This document shows, in pieces, positions 16,264-24,000 of a DNA stretch of 24,000 nucleotides. This stretch comes from Sediminicoccus sp. BL-A-41-H5 (GTDB lineage: Bacteria; Pseudomonadota; Alphaproteobacteria; Acetobacterales; Acetobacteraceae), in NCBI RefSeq assembly GCF_050632405.1, contig NZ_CP192601.1, positions 4,250,904 through 4,274,903 on the forward strand, given 5' to 3'. The number at the start of each line of letters is the position of its first letter. The stretch's first letter is position 1. Position numbers and translations under genes: made by a program. The notes under the pieces were generated by a model. It made no database searches and had not been told where the DNA came from. It saw only the letters and a program-made list of their open reading frames with translations.

Positions 16264-16340
16264 CGGAGTGTAGCTCAGCCTGGTAGAGCACCGTGTTCGG
16301 GACGCGGGGGCCGGAGGTTCGAATCCTCTCACTCCGACCA
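16264..16340 (+). tRNA. tRNA-Pro (anticodon CGG), CCA encoded
   Basis: Hand-folded cloverleaf. Acceptor CGGAGTG/CACTCCG, D arm GCTC-AGCCTGGTA-GAGC, anticodon arm CCGTG-TTCGGGA-CGCGG (anticodon CGG), T arm GGAGG-TTCGAAT-CCTCT, then discriminator A and CCA. Confidence 0.95.
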
Positions 16341-16366
16341 TTCTCCCCCTCGTTGACATATCCGCC

Positions 16367-17866
16367 CTAGGCCGTCGCGAGCGGGATCTCGAACCAGAAG
16401 ACGCTGCCCTGGCCGGCCGTGCTGTCGAAGCCGATCACGCCATCCATCAGTTCCGTCAGATGCCGGCAGATGGCCAGCCCGAGGCCGATGCCGCCATAGC
16501 GCCGCGTGGTGCTGCTTTCCGCCTGGCTGAAGCGCAGGAAAAGGCGCGGGCGGAGCGCGGGCGGGATGCCGATCCCCGTATCCCGCAGCTCGACGCGCAG
16601 CACCCCCCGCGTGGCGTCGCGCTGCGTCCAGGTGACATGGACGGCGATCTCGCCCTGCTCGGTGAATTTCACCGCGTTATCCGCGAGGTGGCCGAGCAGC
16701 TGCGTGATGCGCGCGGGATCGGCCCTGAGCGTCTGCGGCAGCTCGGGCGTGATGGTGAGGCTCCAGGCCAGGCCCTTGCGGCGGGCGGCGGCGGCGGCCG
16801 GCGCCAGCGCCGGGGCGAAGAGGCCGCGGGCGGGCACCAGGACGGGGCGCAGCACGGTGCCGCCCGTTTCGAAGAGCGAAAGTTCCAGCACGTCGTTGAT
16901 GAGGCGGAGCAGTTGCTGCCCCGATTCGAGGATGGCGGCGATCGCCTCGCGATCCGCCGCGGGGCGAGCGGGGTCGTCCAGCACCTGCGCCATGCCGAGG
17001 ATGCCGTTGAGCGGCGTTCGCAGCTCATGGCTCATATTGGCCAGGAACTCGCTCTTCGCGCGGTTGGCGACTTCCGCCTTGTCGCGCGCCTCGCGCAGGT
17101 CGATCTCGCGGATGCGGGCGTTTTCCAGCAGCACGGCCTGGGCGGCCTCGCTCGCCATCAGGGCGCGCAGGCGGGCGCGCATCGCCTCCGCCATCTGGCT
17201 GAACGCCAGGGTGAGGCGCGCCACCTCGTCCTGGCCCTGGGGCTTCAGCGTGATGTCGTAGTCGCCGTCCCGGATGCGCGCGGCCGCCGCCTCCAGCCGC
17301 CGCATGGGCTGGAACAGCATGCGGTTGCCGAGCTCGACCAGCGGAACGAGCAAGGCCAGCGAGATCAGGCCCACCACCACCGCGCCCAGCAGCAGCGCCC
17401 GGTGCGCCGCCTGCAACGGCTCGCGCGAGAGGCCGAAATGCAGCGTGCCGAGCGGCTGGCCCGCCAGCGAGAGCGGCACGGTGTAGAGCTGCCGCTCCTC
17501 GCCATTGGCCATGAGGAAGCGGCCGGGTTGGGGCATGCCGTCGCCGAAGGACCAGCCCTCGCTCGAGATCAGTTGCCCCCGCGCATCCAGCAGCACCATG
17601 TGGGCGAAGCTGCCCGAGGCCACGCCCTCCCGCAGCACGGCCTGGGCGGTGGCGTAGTCGCGTTCGGCCAGCGGGGTCGCGAGCGCGGTCTCCAGGATCG
17701 GGCAGACGGCGATGGCGCGGGCATGCAGCTCCGCCTCCAGCGCGCGCAGCACCAGGCGGTCCTGCATGAAGGTGAGCACGCCGGCCAGCAGCAGCAGCGC
17801 CGAGGCGGCGAGCGCGAAGAGCTTGATCCGGAGGGAGATGCGCATCAATCCGGACCAGGCACGCAC
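16367..17866 (-). CDS. Sensor histidine kinase (TM, periplasmic sensor, TM, HAMP, HisKA, HATPase_c); no receiver domain
   Basis: Track ORF of 499 aa. The start is GTG 17866, directly abutting the upstream TGA, or ATG 17845. HAMP: [22 protein letters not shown]...[18 protein letters not shown]-box: [19 protein letters not shown]-box: [13 protein letters not shown]1: DTGIGIP. G2: GGIGLGLAI. Confidence 0.93.
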   Translation of the reverse strand: MRAWSGLMRISLRIKLFALAASALLLLAGVLTFMQDRLVLRALEAELHARAIAVCPILETALATPLAERDYATAQAVLREGVASGSFAHMVLLDARGQLISSEGWSFGDGMPQPGRFLMANGEERQLYTVPLSLAGQPLGTLHFGLSREPLQAAHRALLLGAVVVGLISLALLVPLVELGNRMLFQPMRRLEAAAARIRDGDYDITLKPQGQDEVARLTLAFSQMAEAMRARLRALMASEAAQAVLLENARIREIDLREARDKAEVANRAKSEFLANMSHELRTPLNGILGMAQVLDDPARPAADREAIAAILESGQQLLRLINDVLELSLFETGGTVLRPVLVPARGLFAPALAPAAAAARRKGLAWSLTITPELPQTLRADPARITQLLGHLADNAVKFTEQGEIAVHVTWTQRDATRGVLRVELRDTGIGIPPALRPRLFLRFSQAESSTTRRYGGIGLGLAICRHLTELMDGVIGFDSTAGQGSVFWFEIPLATA

Positions 17867-18712
17867 TCAGGCGCCGCGCAGGAAGGCGCGCGTCTCCTCC
17901 ACCACGTCATCCAGCTCGGCCAGGTCGGCCGGGGTGATGGGGCGGATGCCGTTGAAGCCGGTGGCGGCGAAGAATTCGCGGCCCTGGGCGCTGCCGGGGA
18001 AGCGGGCGAGGGCGGCCGTGATGCGCGCGGCCTCGGCTTCGGGCGTGCGGGGGCCGAGCAGCACGAAGAAGCCCGGCACGCGGATGAAGACCTGCCAGAC
18101 CACGAGGTTCTCGCGGATGTCGGCCCGGATGGCGTTGAACTCGCCCTGGCTCATGACCGCGGCCCGCGTCTCCACGCCGTTGAGCAGCTGGGCCAGGCTG
18201 TCCTCGTTGCGGGCATGGGTGGCGCGCGCGTCGCGGCCGATCTCGATGCCCTGGGCGCGTGCCCAATGGATGAACTTCAGCGCCACCAGCGATTGCGGGT
18301 TGGTCATCGCGATGGTGGTGCCGCGCAGCTCGGCCGCGGCGGCGAGCGGGCGGTTGCGCAGGGTGACGATGGTGCCCGGGATGCGCGGCTCATAGATGGC
18401 GATGGGCGTGAGCCCGGCATCGAGCTGCGCCACGCGGCCCAGATTGGCGGCGGTGACGACGAGGCCGAAGGCGCCCGCCACGCTGCGCTCCTGGAAGGCC
18501 GCAAGGCCCGGGGCGGTCACCACCTCGACCGGGCGGGCCAGCTCCTGCTCGAGGAAGCTGCGGAAGGGCTGGTATTGGCCGAGCAGGATCCGCGCGCTGA
18601 CATTCGGCATGACGCCGAACTGAAGCGGCGCGGGCTGCGCCGCGGCCATCCCCAAGGGGGCTCCGGCGAGGGCGAACCCGGCCAGGGCACGTCGGCTGGT
18701 CGGCGTGGTCAC
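17867..18712 (-). CDS. Periplasmic PhnD-like (phosphonate-binding family) solute-binding protein, orphan (no ABC permease or ATPase nearby)
   Basis: Track ORF 17867..18847 trimmed to GTG 18712 (GGAGAGGAG 4 nt upstream), giving 281 aa. It has a twin-arginine-type signal (TSRRALAGFALAGAPLGMAAA). LQFGVMPNVSARILLGQYQPFRSFLEQEL...VEVVTAPGLAAF resembles PhnD-family type-2 binding proteins. Confidence 0.78.
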   Translation of the reverse strand: MTTPTSRRALAGFALAGAPLGMAAAQPAPLQFGVMPNVSARILLGQYQPFRSFLEQELARPVEVVTAPGLAAFQERSVAGAFGLVVTAANLGRVAQLDAGLTPIAIYEPRIPGTIVTLRNRPLAAAAELRGTTIAMTNPQSLVALKFIHWARAQGIEIGRDARATHARNEDSLAQLLNGVETRAAVMSQGEFNAIRADIRENLVVWQVFIRVPGFFVLLGPRTPEAEAARITAALARFPGSAQGREFFAATGFNGIRPITPADLAELDDVVEETRAFLRGA

Positions 18713-18771
18713 GGCACTCCTCTCCTTGCGACGGGTCGTTCCGGCAGATAGCCCGATCCGTCGGCGTGGGA

Positions 18772-18800
18772 AGGATACGCCTGTATGCAGCGTAAGCCAA
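18772..18800 (-). promoter_or_regulatory. Candidate promoter of the binding-protein/kinase operon
   Basis: The minus strand reads TTGGCT (18800-18795), a 17-nt spacer, then TATCCT (18777-18772), in a locally lower-GC patch about 60 nt upstream of GTG 18712. This is a consensus match only. Confidence 0.3.
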
Positions 18801-19085
18801 ACCCTAGATCGCGTTCCGCCACCTCCGGCGCGCTTGCCCTTGCGCACGGGCGTGGCGCGGCAGGGCGGAGTTGCGGACCTGGCGAAGGATCCTCCTGGAA
18901 AGCCAGGCCGCGCGGCGTGGCTTCGCGGCCCTCACCGTCGGCGGATGGGTTGGAGGGACGCCAGCCATCTGTTTTCCCATGCTTTTCCAGGTCAGGGAGC
19001 GATGTCGCCCGGCTTGCAGGCGTGTTCGAGCCCGCTTGAGAGGATGATCCATCGCTTCGGTGCTCCCACCTCAGCGGATCATGCT

Positions 19086-19484
19086 CTAGCCGCCCTGGAA
19101 GACGAAGCGGCGCGACAGGCCGAAATTGATGAACATCCCCGCCAGCGAGCCCGCGGCCACGCCCAGCACCGGGTTGGCGGCGACCAGCGGCAGGCCCGCC
19201 ACGAGTGCGGCATAGGTGCCGTAATTGGCGGCGAAGCCGGCCAGGTTCAGCAGGACGAAGCGGCCCCATTGCGCGGCCACCGGGGCATCGCGCCGCGCGC
19301 TCCGGAAGGTCCAGGCGCGGTTCAGCGCGAAGGTGGTGCTGGCGGCGACAAGGTAGGAGACGACGCGCCCGCCATAGGGGCCGGCGCCCAGCGCCATCAT
19401 GCCCAGCAGCACCGCGGAATCCACCACGAAGCCCACCGTGCCCACCACGCCGAAGCGGAGGAATTGTTCGATCATCGCGCGCAT
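19086..19484 (-). CDS. GtrA-family membrane protein
   Basis: Track ORF of 132 aa. FLRFGVVGTVGFVVDSAVL...SYLVAASTTFALNRAWTF plus four predicted TM segments match the GtrA-like family pattern. Confidence 0.85.
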   Translation of the reverse strand: MRAMIEQFLRFGVVGTVGFVVDSAVLLGMMALGAGPYGGRVVSYLVAASTTFALNRAWTFRSARRDAPVAAQWGRFVLLNLAGFAANYGTYAALVAGLPLVAANPVLGVAAGSLAGMFINFGLSRRFVFQGG

Positions 19485-19554
19485 CCCGGCGCTTCTCGCG
19501 CCCCCGCATGGCGCAATTGCGGCGGCGGATTAAGCTCGGCGCTTTCGGTGTGAG

Positions 19555-20403
19555 GTGGCGATGATCGGGATTGTGGGGCTCGGGCAGATGGGGGGCGCCA
19601 TGCTGCGGCGCCTGCGCGCAGAGGGGCAGGGGGTGCAGGGCTTCGACCTGGACCCGGCGCTGCGCGAGGCGGCGCGCGCGGCAGGCGCCATCGCCTGCGC
19701 GACGCCGGCGGGCGTGGCCGCGCCGCTGGTCATCCTCTCCCTGCCGCATGCCGGCGCGGTGGGGGCGGTGCTGGCCGCGCTGCTGCCGCACATGCCGCAG
19801 GGCGCGGTGATCGCCGACACCTCGACCATCGAGCCGGGGCAGGCGCGCGGCTTCGCGGCGCGATGCGACGCGGCGGGTGTGGCCTATCTCGACACGCCGG
19901 TCTCGGGCGGGCCGGCCGGGGCGGCGGCGGGGCAACTCGCCATCATGGTCGGCGGCTCGGCCGCGGCGCTGGAGCGCGCGCGGCCCCTGCTGCTGCTGCT
20001 GGCCGCGCGCATCGTCCATGTGGGCGAAAGCGGGGCGGGGCAGGTGGCGAAGCTCGCCAATAACCTGCTGGTGGCGACGCATCTCGCGGCCGCCGCCGAG
20101 GCGCTGCGGATGGCGGACCGCGCCGGCGTGTCGCCCGAGGCGATCCTGCCCGTGATCAACGCCGCCTCCGGCCGCTCGGCCGCGACCGAGGTGAACTGGC
20201 CGCGCTGGATTTCGAGCGGGAGCTTCGATTCCGGCTTCACGGCGGGGCTGATGCGCAAGGATGTGCGGCTCGCGCTGGCGCTGGCGGAGGAGGTCGGCGC
20301 GGGGCTTTCCGTCTGCGGCGCGGCGGCGGCGGCCTGGGAAGGGTCCGACGTGCCGGATGTGGCGGAGTTCAACCGGGTGGCGGCGGGAATCTTCGGGGGG
20401 TGA
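19555..20403 (+). CDS. NAD(P)-dependent beta-hydroxyacid dehydrogenase (3-hydroxyisobutyrate dehydrogenase family)
   Basis: Track ORF of 282 aa with a start at GTG 19555 or ATG 19561. IGIVGLGQMGGAM is a Rossmann GxGxxG motif. DTPVSGGPAGAAAGQLAIMVGG and GAGQVAKLANN are HIBADH/6PGDH-NAD-binding family motifs. Confidence 0.9.
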   Translation: MAMIGIVGLGQMGGAMLRRLRAEGQGVQGFDLDPALREAARAAGAIACATPAGVAAPLVILSLPHAGAVGAVLAALLPHMPQGAVIADTSTIEPGQARGFAARCDAAGVAYLDTPVSGGPAGAAAGQLAIMVGGSAAALERARPLLLLLAARIVHVGESGAGQVAKLANNLLVATHLAAAAEALRMADRAGVSPEAILPVINAASGRSAATEVNWPRWISSGSFDSGFTAGLMRKDVRLALALAEEVGAGLSVCGAAAAAWEGSDVPDVAEFNRVAAGIFGG

Positions 20404-20412
20404 ATGAAGCAG

Positions 20413-20434
20413 GCGGGGGAACCGGTTCCCCCGC
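20413..20434 (+). terminator. Palindromic GC hairpin after the dehydrogenase gene (possible terminator, no U-tract)
   Basis: GCGGGGGAACCGGTTCCCCCGC is a perfect 22-nt palindrome (9-bp stem, loop CCGG) starting 10 nt after the stop. No T-run follows. Confidence 0.4.
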
Positions 20435-20469
20435 GCCCCCTCCTTCCTGGGGCGATGGCACTGTTTTGG

Positions 20470-20498
20470 TTGATTTTCATGGGAATTAGGACTATTTT
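20470..20498 (+). promoter_or_regulatory. Candidate sigma70-type promoter in the only AT-rich patch of the 20404-20743 spacer
   Basis: TTGATT (20470-20475), a 17-nt spacer, then TATTTT (20493-20498). ATG 20505 lies 6 nt after the -10 element. This is a consensus match only. Confidence 0.35.
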
Positions 20499-20743
20499 CC
20501 GGGAATGATGGAACGCCTCGCCCCTGTCGCCTTTGATGACCACCCGGCCCGGGTTTCGCGCATCATGGGCCTCGCGGAACGACCGCAGCCCGGCCCAGCC
20601 CAGCCCGGGCACGGCCGCCCATTGCCCGCATGGCATTTGTCCGAAAAGCTGAATCGGCGGGAATCGGCCCGCCACCATGATTTCCCCGCCCTTGCGCGGG
20701 ACTGGGGCCCAAGCTTGCGCCATCTTCCCTTCCGGAGCCTGCC

Positions 20744-22237
20744 ATGAGCCGCGCGCGTGACGCGCTCCAGGCCCGGCTCGACGCCTGGTTCGGCGGCGCC
20801 ATCCCCGGCGCCGTGATCGCGGGCGCGGCCCATCCAGGCGCCGGCGCCGCCATGGCCCTGGCCGACCCCGCAACCGGTGGCCCTCTCGCCGAGTACCGCC
20901 TGGCCGGGGCCGATCTGGCGGTTCAGGCCGCCAGGCCCGCCCCGGACTGGGCCGCGCTGCCGGCCGCCGAGCGCGGGCGCCGCCTCTGGGCGCTGGGGGC
21001 CGCCATCCGCGCCGAGGCCGAGGCGCTGGCCCAGGCGGAATGCGCCAATTCGGGAAAACCCATCCGGGATGCGCGGGCCGAGGTCGCGCGCGTGGCCGAG
21101 ATGGCGGAGTATTACGCGGGCTGGGCGGACAAGATCGAAGGCCGCACCACGCCGGTCCCATCGGGGCACCTCGTCTATCTCCGGCCCGAGCCCTATGGCC
21201 TGATCCTCGCCATCACGCCCTGGAATGCGCCGCTCTTCACCGCGGGCTGGAACGCCTTCCCGGCCTTGGCGGCCGGCAATGCGGTGGTGCTCAAGCCCTC
21301 GGAATACACGCCCGTCACCTCGCTGCGCCTCGCGCAGCTCGCCCATGGGCTCGGCCTGCCGCTGAACGTGGTGGCCGGCGGCGCCGCGGAGGCGGAGGCG
21401 CTGATCGCGGCCGATGCGGTGCGGAAGCTCACCTTCGTGGGCGGGCCGGCGACGGGCGCGCGCGTCGCCGCCCTCTGCGCCGCCCGCTGCCTGCCGCATG
21501 TGCTGGAGCTCGGCGGCAAGAGTGCCAACATCGTCTTCGCCGATGCGGATTTCGCCGCGGCCGTGCAGGGCGCGCAGCAGGCGATCTTCGCGGGCGCGGG
21601 GCAATCCTGCGTCGCCGGCTCGCGCCTGCTGGTGGAGGAGGGCATCGCCGATCGCTTCGTGGCGGCGCTGACGGAAGCCATGGGCCGCATCCGCATGGGC
21701 GACCCGCTGGATGAGGCGACGGAGCTCGGCCCCATCGCCAATGCCCGGCAATGCGCGCATGTGCGCGGCATGGTGGCGGGCGCGGCATCCGAAGGCGCCC
21801 GCGTCATCGCGGCGCCGGGCGGGGGCGCGGCCTGCTTCGTGGCCCCCACCATCCTGGACGGCCTGGGCGAGGGCGCGACCGCGGTGCAGGAGGAGGTGTT
21901 TGGCCCCGTCGTCGTCGTCCAGCGCTTCCGCGACGAGGCGGAGGCGCTGCGCCTGGCGAACGCCACGCGCTTCGGCCTGGCCGGCGCGGTCTGGACGCGG
22001 GATGGTGCCCGCGCCCATCGCGTGGCGGCCGGGCTGCGCGCCGGCACTGTCTGGGTGAACGGCTATCGCACCATCCATGTCTCGGTTCCCTTCGGCGGCT
22101 TTGGCGCCTCGGGCCATGGGCGTTCCTCGGGGATCGAGGGGCTGCTGGAATACGTGCAGATGAAGGCGGTCTGGGTGGAGACACGCCCCGAACCCCTGCT
22201 AGGCTTCGGTCACAAACCTTCGGGAGACACTCCATGA
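20744..22237 (+). CDS. NAD(P)+-dependent aldehyde dehydrogenase
   Basis: Track ORF of 497 aa. ITPWNAPL, VVLKPSEYTP, LELGGKSANIVF (catalytic Glu), FAGAGQSCVAGSRLLV (catalytic Cys) and EEVFGPVV are all present. GGAG lies 7 nt upstream of the ATG. Confidence 0.95.
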   Translation: MSRARDALQARLDAWFGGAIPGAVIAGAAHPGAGAAMALADPATGGPLAEYRLAGADLAVQAARPAPDWAALPAAERGRRLWALGAAIRAEAEALAQAECANSGKPIRDARAEVARVAEMAEYYAGWADKIEGRTTPVPSGHLVYLRPEPYGLILAITPWNAPLFTAGWNAFPALAAGNAVVLKPSEYTPVTSLRLAQLAHGLGLPLNVVAGGAAEAEALIAADAVRKLTFVGGPATGARVAALCAARCLPHVLELGGKSANIVFADADFAAAVQGAQQAIFAGAGQSCVAGSRLLVEEGIADRFVAALTEAMGRIRMGDPLDEATELGPIANARQCAHVRGMVAGAASEGARVIAAPGGGAACFVAPTILDGLGEGATAVQEEVFGPVVVVQRFRDEAEALRLANATRFGLAGAVWTRDGARAHRVAAGLRAGTVWVNGYRTIHVSVPFGGFGASGHGRSSGIEGLLEYVQMKAVWVETRPEPLLGFGHKPSGDTP

Positions 22238-23844
22238 TCCAACGTCGCCAGATCCTGGCCGGCGCGGCCGCGCTGCCCGCCGCGAGCCTCGCCGCGCCCG
22301 CCATGGCGCAGCCGGCGCAGAACCGCGTGCTGCGCTATGTGCCGCATGCCAACCTGCCGAATATCGACCCCTTCACCAACACCGCCTTCGTGGCGCGTGA
22401 CCACGCCTTCCTGGTCTATGACCAGCTCTACGGCATGGATGAGAATTTCCGCCCGCAGCCGCAGATGGCCGAGGGCCATGTGGTGGAGAATGACGGGCTG
22501 CTCTGGCGCTTCACGCTGCGCGAGAACCTGAAGTTCCATGACGGCACGCCGGTGCGCGGCCGGGACTGCATCGCCTCCATCCGCCGCTGGGGCCGGCGCG
22601 ACGCCTTCGGCCAGGTGCTGATGGCCCGCGTGGCCGACATGACCGAGGTGAGCGACCGCGTCTTCACCATCCGGCTGAACCAGCCCTTCCCGAAGATGCT
22701 GGAATGCATCAGCAAGGTCACGACGTCCTGCCTCTTCATCATGCCCGAGCGGCTGGCGAATGTGGACCCCTTCACCAACATCACCGAAGCCGTGGGCAGC
22801 GGCCCCTATCGCTTCATCCAGAACGAGTGGGTGCCGGGCTCGCGCCTCGCCTATTCGCGCAACGCCGACTACGTGCCGCGCCAGGGCAATGCCTCGATGA
22901 CGGCGGGCGGCAAGGTCGCGCATTTCGACCGCGTCGAGTGGCACATCATGCCCGACCCGGCGACCGCCTCCGCCGCGCTGCAATCGGGCGAGATCGACTG
23001 GTGGGAGCAGCCGACGGCGGACCTCTTCCCGCTCTTCCTGCGCGGCGCCGCCGCGCGCAACGTGCGTGTGGACATCATCAATGGCACGGGGCTGATCGGC
23101 ATCTTCCGCCCGAACCACCTGACGGCGCCCTTCAACAACCCGGCGGTGCGCCGCGCGGTGCTGACCGCGATCAACCAGACCGACTTCATGACGGCGGTGA
23201 TCGGCACCTCGGGCATCGAGGGGCGGCCTGATCTGCGGCGCGAGGGCATCGGCTATTTCGCGCCGGAAAGCCCGTCGGCCAGCAATGTCAGCATGGAGCG
23301 CATGCGCAAGAGCGTGGATGCGGCGCGCGCGGAACTCCAGGCGGCGGGCGCGATCGGCCAGCGCCTCGTGCTGCTGAACGCGACCGACCTCTCCTCCATC
23401 AACGCGGCGACGCTGGTGGGGGCGGACCTGTTCCGCCGGATGGGCTTCAACGTGGATCTGGTGAGCACGGATTGGGGCACGCTGGTGGCCCGCCGCGCCA
23501 GCCGCAACCCGCTGGAGCAGGGCGGCTGGTCGGGCTTCTTCACCTTCTGGTCGGGCGTGGACCACTGGAACCCGGCGAACCACGCCTCGATCCGCGGCAA
23601 TGGCGAGAATGCCTGGCCCGGCTGGCCGACGATCCCCGCGATCGAGGCGCAGCGCGACGCCTGGTTCAACGCGCCGAACGAGGCGGCGGAGAAGGCGGCC
23701 ACGGCCGAGATGCAGCGCATCGCCTTCGACGAGGTGCCCTATGTGCCGACCGGCATGTACTACCAGCCGACGGCGATCCGCCGGAACCTGACCGGCCTGC
23801 TGAAGGGCCAGCCGCCGCTCTTCTGGAACATCCGGCGCGCATGA
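22234..23844 (+). CDS. ABC-transporter family-5 (peptide/nickel/opine type) periplasmic solute-binding protein
   Basis: Track ORF 21751..23844 trimmed to ATG 22234 (ATGA overlap with the ALDH stop), giving 536 aa. It has a Tat-like signal (MIQRRQILAGAAALPAASLAAPAMA). Family-5 features are LRENLKFHDGTPV, GSGPYRF and VPTGMYYQP. Confidence 0.92.
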   Translation: MIQRRQILAGAAALPAASLAAPAMAQPAQNRVLRYVPHANLPNIDPFTNTAFVARDHAFLVYDQLYGMDENFRPQPQMAEGHVVENDGLLWRFTLRENLKFHDGTPVRGRDCIASIRRWGRRDAFGQVLMARVADMTEVSDRVFTIRLNQPFPKMLECISKVTTSCLFIMPERLANVDPFTNITEAVGSGPYRFIQNEWVPGSRLAYSRNADYVPRQGNASMTAGGKVAHFDRVEWHIMPDPATASAALQSGEIDWWEQPTADLFPLFLRGAAARNVRVDIINGTGLIGIFRPNHLTAPFNNPAVRRAVLTAINQTDFMTAVIGTSGIEGRPDLRREGIGYFAPESPSASNVSMERMRKSVDAARAELQAAGAIGQRLVLLNATDLSSINAATLVGADLFRRMGFNVDLVSTDWGTLVARRASRNPLEQGGWSGFFTFWSGVDHWNPANHASIRGNGENAWPGWPTIPAIEAQRDAWFNAPNEAAEKAATAEMQRIAFDEVPYVPTGMYYQPTAIRRNLTGLLKGQPPLFWNIRRA

Positions 23845-23850
23845 GTGTGG

Positions 23851-23882
23851 GGCGGCACCCGGCCCTGACGCCGGGTGCCGCC
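23851..23882. terminator. Hairpin between convergent genes (likely terminator)
   Basis: GGCGGCACCCGGC-cctgac-GCCGGGTGCCGCC forms a 13-bp perfect stem, 7 nt after the binding-protein stop and 12 nt before the stop of the convergent partial ORF. The plus-strand trailer GCCTTCTTC is only weakly T-rich. Confidence 0.55.
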
Positions 23883-23894
23883 GCCTTCTTCGAA

Positions 23895-24000
23895 TTAGTC
23901 CAGAAACCGCTTCATGGCCTCGCTGTAGGGCGCTTCGCGCGTCCAGCGGGCCATGGCGCCCTTCTCCGGCAGGCCGGTGAGTTGGCCTGGCTGCACCCCC
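23895..24000 (-). CDS. 3' end of an unidentified protein-coding gene (partial, continues beyond the window)
   Basis: The minus-strand frame ends ...GVQPGQLTGLPEKGAMARWTREAPYSEAMKRFLD, with TAA at 23897-23895. It has the high third-position GC of the real genes here. I recognise no family from these 35 codons. Confidence 0.4.
   Translation of the reverse strand, partial: GVQPGQLTGLPEKGAMARWTREAPYSEAMKRFLD

Noticed and set aside
16200-16366. tRNA-Pro as the integration site of a genomic island.
   Set aside because: No integrase is present, I noticed no direct repeat of the tRNA 3' end in the window, and the flanking genes are ordinary in GC content and codon usage.
18987-18996. CCAGGTCAGG, reminiscent of the SRP (4.5S) RNA domain IV.
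   Set aside because: The flanking sequence lacks the GGUCCGGAAGGAAGCAGCC core and the symmetric loop on either strand.

Overview
This is a high-GC (roughly 70%) chromosomal segment. Gene content and codon bias suggest an alphaproteobacterium of the Acetobacteraceae/Rhodospirillales type; that assignment is inference only. Most of the window is densely packed housekeeping DNA. Many of the long ORFs in the supplied track are antisense 'shadow' frames typical of high-GC DNA, and several real genes needed their starts trimmed.

Genes I can support, in order:
- A partial sensor histidine kinase, then argB.
- The classical rpmH-rnpA-yidD-yidC-engB cluster. rpmH is missing from the ORF track.
- A YmdB-like metallophosphoesterase translationally coupled to 5-formyl-THF cyclo-ligase.
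- A zapA operon with a DUF4164/ZauP-like coiled-coil gene.
- A BLUF photoreceptor gene.
- Class I FBA (fbaB type), a TauE/SafE permease, a TPR protein and a DUF533/TerB-like protein.
- A thiE-PhzF-FkbM overlapping gene chain, then cytochrome c-prime.
- tRNA-Pro(CGG).
- A PhnD-like binding protein plus histidine kinase operon.
- GtrA, a HIBADH-family dehydrogenase, and an aldehyde dehydrogenase coupled to a family-5 solute-binding protein.

I found no CRISPR array, transposase, integrase, phage gene or recognisable defence module. I cannot honestly claim a novel multi-gene system.

The stretch most worth a second look is 7930-9220, for four reasons:
- A ~178-nt rod-like RNA (probable 6S/ssrS) sits in the conserved zapA-ssrS-ygfA position.
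- It ends in an unusually long terminator hairpin with a 28-bp perfect stem.
- A near-identical 94-bp tandem repeat (about 2.6 copies, each unit made of GC-rich hairpins) follows it.
- A BLUF gene is inserted antisense into this otherwise conserved locus.

Secondary oddities:
- A ~240-nt leader, or a leaderless 80-codon ORF, lies upstream of the aldehyde dehydrogenase.
- An unexplained ~285-bp stretch lies upstream of the binding-protein/kinase operon.
- That binding-protein/kinase pair has no response regulator beside it.
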